This document shows positions 8,090 to 19,081 of a stretch of 64,000 nt of DNA, piece by piece. Numbering within the stretch: position 1 is the stretch's first letter; every line of letters starts with the position of its first letter. Where the stretch lies: assembly GCA_964359655.1 (NCBI GenBank), contig CAYHVI010000001.1, forward strand, positions 3,164 to 67,163. Reading direction: 5' to 3'. The DNA is from an uncultured Candidatus Saccharibacteria bacterium (GTDB taxonomy: Bacteria > Patescibacteriota > Minisyncoccia > Minisyncoccales > UBA10102). Below the pieces are notes generated by a model, which was given only the letters and a program-made list of their open reading frames with translations, did not search any database and had not been told where the DNA came from. The translations under genes were made by a program, and so were the position numbers.

Positions 8090-10852
8090 CTAGGATTTAA
8101 CTTTTTTATAAGCTTCCATGATACAAAAATTCGTGACCATAGTGAGGCCGTAATCTTGCGCAAACCTTTCTGCTTCTGGGGTATTCACGCCTTCAGCCAG
8201 CCAAACAGTTTTAATATTTCCCCGCTCTACCACGTCTTTCATACATCCTACTACTGCTTCGGGTTTTCTAAAAATATCCACAATATCAATGTGTATAGTT
8301 TTAGGGATTGCCAAAAGGCTTGGATACGCCTTTTCTCCCAGCACCTCTTGAATATTGGGATTCACAGGAATAATGCGGTAGCCCTTTTCTTGGAAATACT
8401 TTGCCACGATATGGCTATGGCGTTCTGGCTTATCCGACAAACCAATAACCGCGATGGTTCTCGCATTTTTCAGAATATCTCCATGCTTGATATCTTGCGG
8501 TGTAACCGTAACAGGAGACACGCCTTCCCATTGCCAGTCCGTAAGTTCTGGAGGGTCTTCTCCAAACTTTATAATGTACGCGGTGTGTCCTTTGAGAATT
8601 TTGTGGTATGCCGCAACCAAAACGTTTTTCCTTTCTTCTGAAACCACGCCTTCTTTTGCGGCAGTCTCAACAATTTCAATGGCAAGGTGGTAACGATCCG
8701 CTTCATTCCGAACAAGCATGTCAAAAGGCGTAGTTGTCCCTCCCTTCTCTTGGTAACCATGCACTGAAAAACGCTGCGGATTTTTGACATTAAAAAGCAC
8801 TGCTTTCAAGACTTCTGGATAGCCGTGAAAATTTACAATCACTGGCTTGTCGAACGTAAAGTATTTTTCTGCATGGGGGATTTGCGCATGGAATGCGTTT
8901 TCGCAAGAACATGCCGCTTGCAACCGCATGATGTTGACAAAACGAAGACGGATTGATGGCTGATCCTTTTTTACCAGCGCAAGTGCAGCCAATGCTTCTT
9001 TGCTCACATAATCTCCCACGCCCGCAAGAACAATATGAGGATTTTTATCACTGGTAAAATCCCAAATTTGAATGCCGTCTTGGAGCGCTTTTTTTGCCTG
9101 CGAAAAGGTCAGCCAGCGCGGCTCGGGTGTTTTTCCAACCACGACAACATTCATCTGGTTCTTGGAGCTAAGCGTTTCTTCCATTACCGCAAGCATGCTG
9201 TTGTCGTCAACCGGAAAATAGACTTTGATAAAATCGTTGTGTTTTTCCAGCATACCCGAAATAAAACTGGGGTTCTGGTGAGAATATCCATTGCGTTCTT
9301 GTCTCCAGACTGTAGATGTTAGCAAATAGTTTAGAGATGGAATGTCCAGTCGCCAAGGCACAACCCGTGCATATTTTAAAAACTTTTGGTACATATGCGC
9401 CATGCTGGAGAAAATCTGGGCAAAAGCTTCGTAGGTTGTAACGACCGCATGTCTGCCGGAAAGAATATATCCTTGGGCAAGCCCATGCATATTGAGTTCA
9501 GAAAGCATCTCCATAACCCGTCCATCTCTCGCAATATCTTTGTCTGATGAAAAATACGGCCAAACAAATGCACGGGAAGTTACCTGAAAAACATCGTCAA
9601 GCCGGTTGGAGTAAGTCTCGTCGGGAGACATTAAGCGAAAATTCCTCTGCCTTTTATTCAGCACAAAGACTTTCTTCAAGTAAGATCCCGCCGTTCTCAT
9701 GGCATTTGATTGCATTTCTCCTGGCGCGACAATCTCCTTGGCGAACTTTTCAACCTTTGGCAAGACAAGGGGCTTTACGGTTTTACCGAACACATGGGGA
9801 TTATTCCCCATAAGAAGGCTCTCTTCCGGTATAACAGACAATGTGTCTTTGGCAAAACCTTTCTTCTTATCAAACAATTCTCCAAAATGATATGATTTCA
9901 TCCACCCCTCAAGCGCGTGTAATTCCTGTTCGTCGCCCCGCACCGTGGGCATAACAACTTGGTGCGCTAAAATCGTTCCTTCAATTTGTTGCCCGCGTAA
10001 TTCTTTGACCGTGGTCCACCCTTTAGGGGTTTGGAGAATAATCATTGGGAAACGCGGCCGAAACGGAGCATTCAGTTTTCTTGCGTTGCGCTGGATTTTC
10101 TTGATGCGCTGGTAACAAGTTTCGAGAGTTTTGAGCATTTTTTCATCGATTCTTGGAGCCGCTACAAACAATGGTTCATATCCGTATCCTGAAAAAAGTT
10201 CTTTTAATTCGCGATTGCTCATTCTGCCAAAAATTGATGGTCCGGAAATTTTATAGCCGTTGAGGTGCAGAATTGGTAAAACCGCGCCGTTGGTTGCAGG
10301 ATCAATCAATTTGTTAATATGCCAAGCAGTCGCTATGGCTCCTGTTTCTGCCTCGCCGTCACCTATTAAGCAGACTGCGAGTAAGTCCGGATTGTCTAAA
10401 ATTGCGCCATAAGCAGAAGCAAGCGAATATCCCAGCTCTCCGCCTTCCAGAATAAGTCCCGGGATTTCCGGACTGCAATGACTGGAAAAACCATAGGGCC
10501 AGGTAAACATCTTGGAAATATATGCAATTCCTTCGGCATTACGCGCCGCCTTCTTATAATACTTTCCGAGCGTGCCCTCCAAAAACAAGTTAGCCTGCAA
10601 TCCCGGCATACCATGTCCTGGCCCAAGGACAAAAATAGCTGATTGCTTGTGTTTTTTGACTAAATAATGTAAGTGTCCATACACAAAGTTAATGCCAGGG
10701 CAGGTCCCCCAGTGGCCAGAAAGTTTTGGCTTGATATCTTCCGCTCTCAATGGCCGCTCAAGGAGAAAATTGTCTTGCAAATAAATCTGCGCAACAGTTA
10801 CATAATTCGCTGCGCGTATGTATTTATTGATGTTATCTAAAATTTTATTCAT
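8090..10852 (-). CDS. xfp: Xylulose-5-P/fructose-6-P phosphoketolase fused to a C-terminal CoA-binding (YccU/CoA_binding_2-like) domain
   Basis: …KYIRAANY…IYLQDN… N-terminus, a GHWGTCPG motif and a TPP-binding GDGE motif. The C-terminal ~140 aa (…[36 protein letters not shown]…VDIFRK…) matches a CoA-binding Rossmann domain. I take the start at the internal Met (ATG at 10850-10852), which sits downstream of the rsmI terminator. Confidence 0.85.
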   Translation of the reverse strand: MNKILDNINKYIRAANYVTVAQIYLQDNFLLERPLRAEDIKPKLSGHWGTCPGINFVYGHLHYLVKKHKQSAIFVLGPGHGMPGLQANLFLEGTLGKYYKKAARNAEGIAYISKMFTWPYGFSSHCSPEIPGLILEGGELGYSLASAYGAILDNPDLLAVCLIGDGEAETGAIATAWHINKLIDPATNGAVLPILHLNGYKISGPSIFGRMSNRELKELFSGYGYEPLFVAAPRIDEKMLKTLETCYQRIKKIQRNARKLNAPFRPRFPMIILQTPKGWTTVKELRGQQIEGTILAHQVVMPTVRGDEQELHALEGWMKSYHFGELFDKKKGFAKDTLSVIPEESLLMGNNPHVFGKTVKPLVLPKVEKFAKEIVAPGEMQSNAMRTAGSYLKKVFVLNKRQRNFRLMSPDETYSNRLDDVFQVTSRAFVWPYFSSDKDIARDGRVMEMLSELNMHGLAQGYILSGRHAVVTTYEAFAQIFSSMAHMYQKFLKYARVVPWRLDIPSLNYLLTSTVWRQERNGYSHQNPSFISGMLEKHNDFIKVYFPVDDNSMLAVMEETLSSKNQMNVVVVGKTPEPRWLTFSQAKKALQDGIQIWDFTSDKNPHIVLAGVGDYVSKEALAALALVKKDQPSIRLRFVNIMRLQAACSCENAFHAQIPHAEKYFTFDKPVIVNFHGYPEVLKAVLFNVKNPQRFSVHGYQEKGGTTTPFDMLVRNEADRYHLAIEIVETAAKEGVVSEERKNVLVAAYHKILKGHTAYIIKFGEDPPELTDWQWEGVSPVTVTPQDIKHGDILKNARTIAVIGLSDKPERHSHIVAKYFQEKGYRIIPVNPNIQEVLGEKAYPSLLAIPKTIHIDIVDIFRKPEAVVGCMKDVVERGNIKTVWLAEGVNTPEAERFAQDYGLTMVTNFCIMEAYKKVKS

Positions 10853-10863
10853 AATGTTGCAAA

Positions 10864-10897
10864 GAAAAAAACCGCCCTGGAGCTTGTCGAAGGGCGG
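10864..10897 (-). terminator. Rho-independent terminator after rsmI (minus strand)
   Basis: CCGCCCTggagcttgtcgaAGGGCGG hairpin preceded by an A8 run on the plus strand, giving a U-tract on the minus strand. Confidence 0.6.
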
Positions 10898-11153
10898 CGC
10901 GCTCATGTTACAAATAGTTCTTAAATTCAATAACAAGAAGCGAAGACGCACCACCCTTCAAAAGTGGTTTTTTTCGCTTTTTTACTCGCGAGTGACGAAA
11001 CCTGAATCTTCGGAACCGCAGAGACTAAACCTCGACAACAACAATAACTCCTCCCCCATCTGGAGAAGGATTTTTCAGAGCCAAGATTTTCTCTTGCGTT
11101 TACCATGATACTCAAATCATAGAGGAGTCAAAAAATAATGTCAACCCCTCCCT

Positions 11154-11828
11154 TCATGTAAAATTAATCACGATAACAAATTCGCCCTTTAGCTCACCTT
11201 TCTTGATTTCATCAATAACTTCAGAAATAGTTCCTCGATGCACTGTTTCGAATTTTTTGGTGAGCTCGCGGCCTACTACGGTTTGTAGTTGGTAGTTTGT
11301 AGTTTTTAGCTCGTGCAAAGTTTTCATAATACGATAGGGAGATTCGTAGAGAATAACAGGATATTTCGACTGCGCAATTTCTTCAAAAAACTTTTTGCGA
11401 CCTTTCTTTGCGGGCGGAAATCCAAGGAACAAAAAGCGATCCATCGGAAACCCTGCGATGCTTGCAATCGTCGTGAGTGCAGAGACGCCTGGAATTGGCA
11501 CAATCCTTACTGTTTGAAGCCCGGCTTCAAACACGCGGGAAACAAGCTCGTTGCCGGGGTCTGAAATTCCTGGAGTGCCGGCATCGCAAACCAACGCAAG
11601 GTTTTTCCCTTCTTTCAAGAGCTCAATAATGTGTTCAACTTTCTCAAGCCTGCTATGCTGATGATAACTTATCAACGGCTTGTCAATCTGATAATGCGAA
11701 AGGAGTTTTTTTGTTACCCTTGTGTCTTCGCACAAGATAAAATCAACCTCCTTGAGGATGCGGAGGGCGCGCAGAGTGATGTCTTTAAGATTGCCGATGG
11801 GAGTCGCGACAATATACAAAGTGCTCAT
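11154..11828 (-). CDS. rsmI: 16S rRNA (cytidine1402-2'-O)-methyltransferase
   Basis: …LYIVATPIGNLKDITLRALRILKEVDFILCEDTRVT… tetrapyrrole-methylase-fold N-terminus. It contains the in-frame repeat insert …LKTTNYQLQT…. Confidence 0.85.
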   Translation of the reverse strand: MSTLYIVATPIGNLKDITLRALRILKEVDFILCEDTRVTKKLLSHYQIDKPLISYHQHSRLEKVEHIIELLKEGKNLALVCDAGTPGISDPGNELVSRVFEAGLQTVRIVPIPGVSALTTIASIAGFPMDRFLFLGFPPAKKGRKKFFEEIAQSKYPVILYESPYRIMKTLHELKTTNYQLQTVVGRELTKKFETVHRGTISEVIDEIKKGELKGEFVIVINFT

Positions 11829-12865
11829 TATATAACTACTGTTTTTTCCTCTTTGCGTTTTTTGAGAAAGTCGCGCAAGAACTCATAGAGCACGCCGGCA
11901 AGAGGAATTGCCAAGATTGCTCCCATAATTCCCCAGAACTGAACTCCAATGGCGAAAGAAATGAGCACCAGCGCTGGCGGCAGGCCGACAAAACGCTTGG
12001 ATAAAAGAGGCTCTAACACGTTGCCGTCGATTTGCTGAATAAGCGTAAAGGCTAAAAGCACGAACAAAGCCTGCAAGGGCGATTCCAAAGCAACCAACAA
12101 CGCAATAAGAATACCTGCGATTACTGGACCCACTATGGGAATGAAGTTCAGCAAAGCGGCCAGCGTGCTTAAAGAAAAACGAGATTGTTCTACTCCAAAT
12201 ATTAAAAGGGTGACATACGTTGCAAAAAGTACAAATAAGGAGCTTATAACCCTCGAAAGGAACCAGCCCGAAACTTTTCTCTGGGATTTTTCCCAGATAT
12301 TGAGCGCTAAAGTTTCATACTTTGGAGGAAACAATAAACTGATTATTCGTTCGATGGGACGATCTTCGATCGACAGAAAAAGCGCCACGCTGATCACAAA
12401 GATCGTTGAGAAAATGCCGCCAAAAATCACAAAAAACGCCTTGAAAACGTTTCCCGTATTTTGCGCCGCATCTTGAGTAAGAGCGTCCAAAAAGCTCTGG
12501 AAATCCTGGAAAGTTGCCACTCCCAGTCCCTGCAAGGAAGGAGAAATGCGCTCTTCAAAATACTGCGGGAGTCGATTGGAAAACTCCTGAACTTCATGAA
12601 TAAATATGGGCGCTGTAGCAAAAACTATATACGCAAGAAAGCCAAAAATACAGAAGTATACGAGCATCGTGGAGACAACCCGGGGAATATGCCATTTGTG
12701 CAGAGCATCAATGACAGGATCAAACAATACCGATATAATCAAGCCGAAAAGCACCCACACCAAAATTTCTCGAATCAGAAAAATCACGTATACAAGAAAC
12801 CCTGCGAGCGCAAGTTTCACAATTGTGCCCCACGAAATATCCAAAAGTTGATGATACCCGTTCAT
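11828..12865 (-). CDS. AI-2E family transporter (PerM/YhhT-like permease)
   Basis: 345-aa polytopic membrane protein with an AI-2E-like helix pattern and a C-terminal …AIPLAGVLYEFLRDFL… segment. Confidence 0.6.
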   Translation of the reverse strand: MNGYHQLLDISWGTIVKLALAGFLVYVIFLIREILVWVLFGLIISVLFDPVIDALHKWHIPRVVSTMLVYFCIFGFLAYIVFATAPIFIHEVQEFSNRLPQYFEERISPSLQGLGVATFQDFQSFLDALTQDAAQNTGNVFKAFFVIFGGIFSTIFVISVALFLSIEDRPIERIISLLFPPKYETLALNIWEKSQRKVSGWFLSRVISSLFVLFATYVTLLIFGVEQSRFSLSTLAALLNFIPIVGPVIAGILIALLVALESPLQALFVLLAFTLIQQIDGNVLEPLLSKRFVGLPPALVLISFAIGVQFWGIMGAILAIPLAGVLYEFLRDFLKKRKEEKTVVI

Positions 12866-12869
12866 TGGT

Positions 12870-14135
12870 TTATACTTTCAAAAGTTTGAGAAATCGTGCG
12901 TTGTCTCTATGGGGGCCAAGCACCACGAGATTAAGCCTCTCTGGTTGGAAAATGTCTCTGGCAACGGCTTGAATATGTTTGGGCGTTACTTTATATATCT
13001 TATCATACAACTGCGCTGGAGTTAACATTTCGCCCCGCAAAAGCTCCTGCATGCCGTAAAAACTTGCTTTTGCGTTGGAAGACTCGAGTTCAAGCGCCAT
13101 TTTCCCTTTTTCGTATTCTTTTACCTTCGTGAGTTCTGTCTTCGATATTCCTGCGCTTTTGAGTTTTTTGTACTCTCTCAAGATAACATAAATCGCTTTT
13201 TCTACAGAATCATTTTTAACGCCTGCCGTTGTTACGAGATACCCGGTATCAGGATTGCTTTCGCTTGTCGTCGCAATATCGTATGCCAAACCGAGTTTCT
13301 CCCTCACCTCCACAAACAAACGGGAGCTCATCATTCCTCCCAAAGCAACGGTCAATAAATGCTGCGCAAAACGCTTAGGATCAGAGAGATTATACGCCCG
13401 CACGCCCAGTGCAATGTTTGTTTGATTCGTTTTTCTCCATTCTAATAATAGGTGCGGGGCATGCTGTTCGTCTCTCACCTGCACCCTTACCATAGAATTT
13501 GCAGTTGGGATTTGCGCAAACGCTTGCCGCGCTTTTTCAACTGCCCTTCTCTGTGTTACATTCCCGGCAATGCACACCACTGTGTTCAAAGCAATATACT
13601 GACGCTTGATATACGCTTGGAGATCCTGTCGGGAAAGCTGAAGAATACTTTCCTTTCTCCCAACAATATTCCATCCTGCAGGCTGATCGCCGTAGAGCAA
13701 CTGCATCCACAAATTGTCTAAGTGTCGGCTCGGCATATCATAATACATATGCAATTCTTCTAACACCACTCCTTTTTCTTTTTGAATTTCTTTGGGCGGC
13801 AGCTTTGAATGCAAAAAGATATCTGCCACCCAGTCTAACGCCAGATCAAAGTGTGTGGCATCCACTTTAGCATAATATCCTGTATAATCTTCTCCGGTAA
13901 AAGCATTATACAAGCCGCCTACCTGGTCGAGCGCTTCTGCCACCAAAAGAGGTGTGGATCTTCTTTGGGTGCCTTTGAAAAACATGTGCTCTAAAAAGTG
14001 GGAGATGCCGTTTTTGTCTCGGGTTTCGTATTTGGAGCCCGTTCCCACCAATACGAAAACGGTCACCGTTCTGGTGCTCCGTTGTGGAATTGTTACAATT
14101 CTCAACCCGTTTTTCAGCGTTGTTTTCTTAGGCAT
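12870..14135 (-). CDS. M16-family (insulinase/pitrilysin-like) zinc peptidase
   Basis: Inverted zinc motif HFLEH followed by …GGLYNAFT…E… glutamate near the N-terminus. I take the start at the internal Met. Confidence 0.75.
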   Translation of the reverse strand: MPKKTTLKNGLRIVTIPQRSTRTVTVFVLVGTGSKYETRDKNGISHFLEHMFFKGTQRRSTPLLVAEALDQVGGLYNAFTGEDYTGYYAKVDATHFDLALDWVADIFLHSKLPPKEIQKEKGVVLEELHMYYDMPSRHLDNLWMQLLYGDQPAGWNIVGRKESILQLSRQDLQAYIKRQYIALNTVVCIAGNVTQRRAVEKARQAFAQIPTANSMVRVQVRDEQHAPHLLLEWRKTNQTNIALGVRAYNLSDPKRFAQHLLTVALGGMMSSRLFVEVREKLGLAYDIATTSESNPDTGYLVTTAGVKNDSVEKAIYVILREYKKLKSAGISKTELTKVKEYEKGKMALELESSNAKASFYGMQELLRGEMLTPAQLYDKIYKVTPKHIQAVARDIFQPERLNLVVLGPHRDNARFLKLLKV

Positions 14136-15492
14136 AAAATTCTTTGTGCAACTTCTCTCGGAGCTTTTCAATTTGTATTCGTTCTCGCTCCATAGTATCG
14201 CGGTCGCGGAGAGTAACGGTATTGTCTTTTAAGGTATCGAAGTCGATGGTAACGCAATGCGGCGTGCCGATTTCGTCTTGCCTGCGGTAACGGCGCCCTA
14301 TGGCACCAACCTCGTCATACTGGCACATAAAATCTTTTTTGAGCAGATTGTGCACTTCCCTTGCCTTTGCCGCGAGCTCTTGCTTGTTCTTCAAAAGCGG
14401 GAATACCGCAACCTGCACAGGCGCTATGTGCTTGGCTAAGCCTAGCACAACTTCTGTTTCTTTTATTGATGTTGTCGTAGTGGTTCTCCCACCTTCGACT
14501 TCTTTGTAGGCATCTATCAGCAACGCAAGCATTGTCCGCTCAATTCCCAACGTAGGCTCAATTACGTACGGGATATATTTTTTACCGGTCTCCTCGTCGT
14601 GATAAAAAAGATTCTTACCAGAAAATTTTTCATGCTGCTTTAAATCAAAATCAGTGCGGTTTGCGATTCCTGCAAGTTCGCCCCATCCAAAAGGAAACTT
14701 ATACTCAATATCCACTGTGCGCTTGGAATAGTGCGCTAAACTTTCTTTGGGATGTTCGTATCGCCGCAGATTCTCTTTTTTTAATCCAAGGTCAATGAAA
14801 AATTGTTCCCATGCATCCACCCAAAAATCAAACCATTTCTCATCTTGCCCGGGCTTCACAAAGAATTCGATTTCTGCGATTTCAAACTCTCGTGATCGAA
14901 AAATAAAGTTGCCGGTTGTAATTTCATTGCGAAATGCTTTTCCTATCTGCGCAATACCAAACGGTATTTTCTGGCGCATGCTTTCCTGCACCAGCCTGAA
15001 ATTCGTGAACATTGATTGTGCTGTTTCCGGACGCAAATAGGTTATATGTGCCGCATCTTCCACTGGACCAAGAAACGTTTTGAACATCAAGTTAAACTGC
15101 TTTGCCTGTGTAAAATCCCTATCCCCGCAAGTGGGGCACTGATTTGGTTCTTTCGCCTCTCCTTGTCCAACAAAACGCCCGTCAATCATATGATCTGCGC
15201 GAAATCTGCTATTGCACGATTTGCACTCGATTAAAGGATCCGTAAAGTTTTCAATGTGACCCGATGACTTCCACACATCAGGATGCATTAAAATAGAAGC
15301 ATCAATCGCAACCACATTGTCCATTTGCTGCACAAAACGACGAAACCACTCTTTTTTGATATTCTGTTTCATTTGAGCGCCCAAAGGCCCAAAATCCCAC
15401 AAAGCTTCCACGCCGCCATAAATTTCAGATGAAGGAAATACAAATCCCCGCCTTTTGACAAGCGATACGATTTTTTTCATCTTGTCGTCCAT
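14128..15492 (-). CDS. glyQS: Glycine--tRNA ligase (dimeric alpha2 class II type)
   Basis: …GFVFPSSEIYGG… class II motifs and an anticodon-binding C-terminal domain. 454 aa. Confidence 0.88.
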   Translation of the reverse strand: MDDKMKKIVSLVKRRGFVFPSSEIYGGVEALWDFGPLGAQMKQNIKKEWFRRFVQQMDNVVAIDASILMHPDVWKSSGHIENFTDPLIECKSCNSRFRADHMIDGRFVGQGEAKEPNQCPTCGDRDFTQAKQFNLMFKTFLGPVEDAAHITYLRPETAQSMFTNFRLVQESMRQKIPFGIAQIGKAFRNEITTGNFIFRSREFEIAEIEFFVKPGQDEKWFDFWVDAWEQFFIDLGLKKENLRRYEHPKESLAHYSKRTVDIEYKFPFGWGELAGIANRTDFDLKQHEKFSGKNLFYHDEETGKKYIPYVIEPTLGIERTMLALLIDAYKEVEGGRTTTTTSIKETEVVLGLAKHIAPVQVAVFPLLKNKQELAAKAREVHNLLKKDFMCQYDEVGAIGRRYRRQDEIGTPHCVTIDFDTLKDNTVTLRDRDTMERERIQIEKLREKLHKEFYA

Positions 15493-15653
15493 ATCGTTAT
15501 TCTAACCACATTCTCTCAAAAAATAAAGAGGGGTTCCGAATAAGTATCGCTATGTCGCTTGTGAAGCCGATCGGCGTTTCAAGCGACACGCTTCAAAACA
15601 AAAAGAAAATCGCGAAAGCCCGTTGAGCAAACAAACCTCCGTCCTTGGAATGT

Positions 15654-16706
15654 TTACAGCTCTATGTCTTCCCATGGGAATCCTGGTCTTCCAAAATGTC
15701 CATAGGTTGCCGTAGGTTGATAAATGGGCTGTCGCAATCCAAGCCGTTCAATGATGGCAAGGGGTCGAAAATCAAATTGTTTTCTTATCACATCAGTAAT
15801 ATTTTCGCCTCTTTCATTCAAAATTTGAACCATCAAAGGTTCTGCCCGGCCAATGGCATACGCCACTGACACCAAGCACTCTTTCGCAAAACCTTGCGCC
15901 ACGAGATTCTTTGCGACAAAACGAGCCATATAAGCACCACTGCGATCAACCTTTGTTGCATCCTTTCCGGAAAAAGCTCCACCACCATGAGGAATAAACC
16001 CGCCATAGCTATCCACCATAATTTTTCTTCCTGTTAAACCAGTGTCGGCAGCAAAACCGCCAAGAACGAACTTTCCGCTAGGATTCACCAGAATCTCCAC
16101 CCCCTCTGCTATACTGCCCAACAAAGGCTGTATCAGTTTTTCCACAATGGTCTGACGTATCTCTTCTTGAGAAATACCCTTTTCGTGCTGGCAACTTACA
16201 AGAATTTTCACTACGCGTCCTTCTTCAACGGTTACCTGCGCCTTGCCATCAGGACCCAGCCAAGGAATCCCCCTTGACTTGCGCAAACTCTCAAGCCCTC
16301 TTGTGAGTTGATGAACCAGAACAACGCCTCTGGGCAAATACTCGGGTGTTTCACGCGTAGCAAACCCATACATAATGCCCTGATCTCCTGCGCCGCCCGT
16401 ATTAACTCCTTGGGCGATATCTGGTGATTGCTGCACGACACGCACCAAGATTTCAAGGTTATCTTCGTATCCAGTTTCTCGATATACGGTGCGGGCAACT
16501 TCCGAGTAATCAACTGCAGCTCTTGTTGTGATTTCTCCGCCGACAACAAAGTATCCATGGCTGCCAAACGATTCAACCGCAACACGACTCAAAGAATCCT
16601 GTCTTAAACATGCATCCAAAATAGCATCTGAAATCTGGTCGCACAGTTTATCTGGGTGTCCCGATGTGACACTTTCGACGGTATATACGTGAGGAATAAA
16701 TGACAT
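15654..16706 (-). CDS. metK: S-adenosylmethionine synthetase
   Basis: GHPDK, GAGDQG and …DTGLTGRKI… motifs. Confidence 0.9.
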   Translation of the reverse strand: MSFIPHVYTVESVTSGHPDKLCDQISDAILDACLRQDSLSRVAVESFGSHGYFVVGGEITTRAAVDYSEVARTVYRETGYEDNLEILVRVVQQSPDIAQGVNTGGAGDQGIMYGFATRETPEYLPRGVVLVHQLTRGLESLRKSRGIPWLGPDGKAQVTVEEGRVVKILVSCQHEKGISQEEIRQTIVEKLIQPLLGSIAEGVEILVNPSGKFVLGGFAADTGLTGRKIMVDSYGGFIPHGGGAFSGKDATKVDRSGAYMARFVAKNLVAQGFAKECLVSVAYAIGRAEPLMVQILNERGENITDVIRKQFDFRPLAIIERLGLRQPIYQPTATYGHFGRPGFPWEDIEL

Positions 16707-16772
16707 AGATTTTTTAGGTCTTCAAATCAAAAGACTCTCTTCTATGAAATTTCTAAATGGGGTTGACGGGCG

Positions 16773-18440
16773 TTATTGCACTTTGCCCATTTCTGGAGTA
16801 ACAGAATCGTCGTCGGCAAGCGCAGTGTCAATTGGACTATCCATTGAAGAAACCAATTGATCTGTGAACAAATCTTCTCCTGTGATACGAACTTCCCCCA
16901 CTAGCTCCGGAGTCTTCCCCTTATGAACAAGAGTTGGCGTAAATGCAATTTGGAATGCTACGGAGGGCGCAGGAACCTCTTGGAATACTCCGGCGCCCGC
17001 AACAAGGTCGCCAATCTCCCAAACAATTTCTCTTGAACCAGAATCAAAGGTGAGAGTACTGTTCTCCGGGAAAATCTTTCCTGTCAACTCCACGCCAGAG
17101 GGCAGTTTTGCTTTCACCCTTGCATTCTGCACGTCTGAATAGGTGTTTTTCGCCTGCCAAATAATAGTATAAGTATTCCGCTGGCCCACTACTGGAGGAT
17201 GCACTCCTTGGTTGCCAAACACATCGTCCTGGAAAAAACCTTTTTGATCAATAACAAGATCAGCATTGAGTTTTAGTTCAAACTCTGCGTTTACTTCAGA
17301 AAGCAAAACCCGATTTTTTAAAACCAGTTCTTTGTCTTGGGGGCTGAATATTTCAATCTCGTCTTGCACGTTAACCCAAAATTCAACCTTGCCTTCTTCT
17401 CCTCTTCCCAAAAAGCGGAGCTTTGGCACATCTTTTGCTTCCCAAATTATTGAATTGTCTCCACGAGAAAACTTTCCACCGTTTGGCTTAATACTTGTTA
17501 AATCAAAGGCGCGGCTGTCGAGCGTTACAACCAAAAAGAGGTTTTCCAAAATTCGATCAGTGGGGTTTTTAAAGAAGATTTCATAATGCAAGGCGTCGCC
17601 AGCAGAGGCCACATAGCTTGGCGAAGAATTCACCACCTGCGTTAAAAGCAGCTGGGGTTTGGTAATCTGCACCGCTTTTGTTACCTCCCGCATAACCGTA
17701 AACTTTCCATCTTTCCAGCTTCCGATCACCGCGCGAAATAATTTTACTTCCTGTACGCTTCCATCCAAAACACCTTGTATGACAATCCGTCCGCCTTCGG
17801 TGCGATTCAAAACTCCAACGCTCCACTCATTATCCCCAAGAGGAGCAGGAACAGCGCTTCGGAAGGAAAACCCCTCAGGGTAATCTATTTGAATACGGAG
17901 ATCTGACAATGGGTATTCAGAGTTTGAAAAATAATTCACCGTAATCCCGAATTGTTGGCCTGCCTCCATGCGCGAAGGGATGTCGAGGTCAAAATTCAGG
18001 GGAACAAAAGAAATCACAGACGTGGCGCTCGTTTCTGAACGGAAGGAAGCGTTGAGATTGCGTGGAGTGTAGCTTAAAGACGCTCTTGCCTCCTTAACTT
18101 CATTTTCCTTTCCAAATAATCTCGCTAAAAACCGCAGAGAAACCTCTTGCCCTGGATTAATGTCGTCAACCGTCTTTGTAATTCGTAATTCTTCCCCTGC
18201 GGAGGGCACAGAACCTTCGGGATACTCAAAAATCAAAGCTGCATTTTCAAGTTGTGTTTCCCCAATGTTTTTCCAGCGCACCACATACGTTGCTTCCTCG
18301 CCCATCGTTATTTTTTCCGGAGCTATAATCTCGAGTTTTATATCGCCTGTGGAGAAAACATTTTTTTGCCAAAACCAAAAACCGGCAACCGAGAGAATTG
18401 CAACCGCAAAAAGCGCCGCATACACAATTTTCAAACGCAT
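16773..18440 (-). CDS. Membrane-anchored, large extracytoplasmic hypothetical protein
   Basis: N-terminal signal anchor MRLKIVYAALFAVAILSVAGFWFW, followed by ~530 aa of beta-rich, repeat-like sequence. Confidence 0.4.
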   Translation of the reverse strand: MRLKIVYAALFAVAILSVAGFWFWQKNVFSTGDIKLEIIAPEKITMGEEATYVVRWKNIGETQLENAALIFEYPEGSVPSAGEELRITKTVDDINPGQEVSLRFLARLFGKENEVKEARASLSYTPRNLNASFRSETSATSVISFVPLNFDLDIPSRMEAGQQFGITVNYFSNSEYPLSDLRIQIDYPEGFSFRSAVPAPLGDNEWSVGVLNRTEGGRIVIQGVLDGSVQEVKLFRAVIGSWKDGKFTVMREVTKAVQITKPQLLLTQVVNSSPSYVASAGDALHYEIFFKNPTDRILENLFLVVTLDSRAFDLTSIKPNGGKFSRGDNSIIWEAKDVPKLRFLGRGEEGKVEFWVNVQDEIEIFSPQDKELVLKNRVLLSEVNAEFELKLNADLVIDQKGFFQDDVFGNQGVHPPVVGQRNTYTIIWQAKNTYSDVQNARVKAKLPSGVELTGKIFPENSTLTFDSGSREIVWEIGDLVAGAGVFQEVPAPSVAFQIAFTPTLVHKGKTPELVGEVRITGEDLFTDQLVSSMDSPIDTALADDDSVTPEMGKVQ

Positions 18441-18457
18441 AGATATCCTCTATTCTA

Positions 18458-19081
18458 TCAATTTTGCAGAACCTTTGAAAGATGCTCTTGCGATATGGTG
18501 CGCAAAAGAGTTTCATTTATACCTTGAGTATCAATATTTTGCAAGGATTCAATGTTGCTCTCCAAAAACATCCCAATGAATTCGGCAATTCTCGCGTCTT
18601 TGGCAGCAATCTGCTCTAAAGAAGGCGCATATCCTGCATAAGAAAGAAGGTTCCAAAGGAAATAATAAGCAAGGATCTTCAAATCGTGACTCTCTAGTCT
18701 CGAACGGTTCAGAAAAGAAAGTGTCCCTTTGAGCAAATTCCAAATCTTTTCGTCCCGCTCTTGGCCTTTGATGAGTTCATCGGTAACTTCTGCAAATCTT
18801 TGCATTGCGCGCATACGCTCAAAGCTATTGCGTAACAAAGGATACCGTTCTACAAGAGTGGCGTCGGTAATGGTTTTGCGCGCTTTCCCCTGAATAAATT
18901 CTAGCTCTGAAAGATAAAAAAGCTCCAAGCCTCCGCGAAGTTTGGAAGTAATCTTGCGCTCTGAAATTGCCTGCAATTTTAGTTTGCCAAAATCTTTTGT
19001 AAAAACCGTAAACAGCCGATCTGCCTCCCCTCTATCCTGCTTTTTTAAAATAATCCCTTGTGTCCTGTAATGCACCGTCAT
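18458..19081 (-). CDS. recO: DNA repair protein RecO (short form)
   Basis: OB-fold N-terminus (…GIILKKQDRGEADRLFTVFT…) followed by a helical domain. Confidence 0.65.
   Translation of the reverse strand: MTVHYRTQGIILKKQDRGEADRLFTVFTKDFGKLKLQAISERKITSKLRGGLELFYLSELEFIQGKARKTITDATLVERYPLLRNSFERMRAMQRFAEVTDELIKGQERDEKIWNLLKGTLSFLNRSRLESHDLKILAYYFLWNLLSYAGYAPSLEQIAAKDARIAEFIGMFLESNIESLQNIDTQGINETLLRTISQEHLSKVLQN

Noticed and set aside
15560-15600. The hairpin GTCGCTTG…CAAGCGAC between glyQS and metK as an intrinsic terminator for metK.
   Set aside because: The stem is present, but no U-tract follows it on the minus strand. The nearest T-run is ~25 nt away, so at most it is a weak or rho-dependent site.
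16707-16772. A SAM riboswitch upstream of metK.
   Set aside because: The upstream spacer is only ~66 nt and lacks the conserved SAM-I/SAM-II core elements, so there is no room for a riboswitch aptamer.
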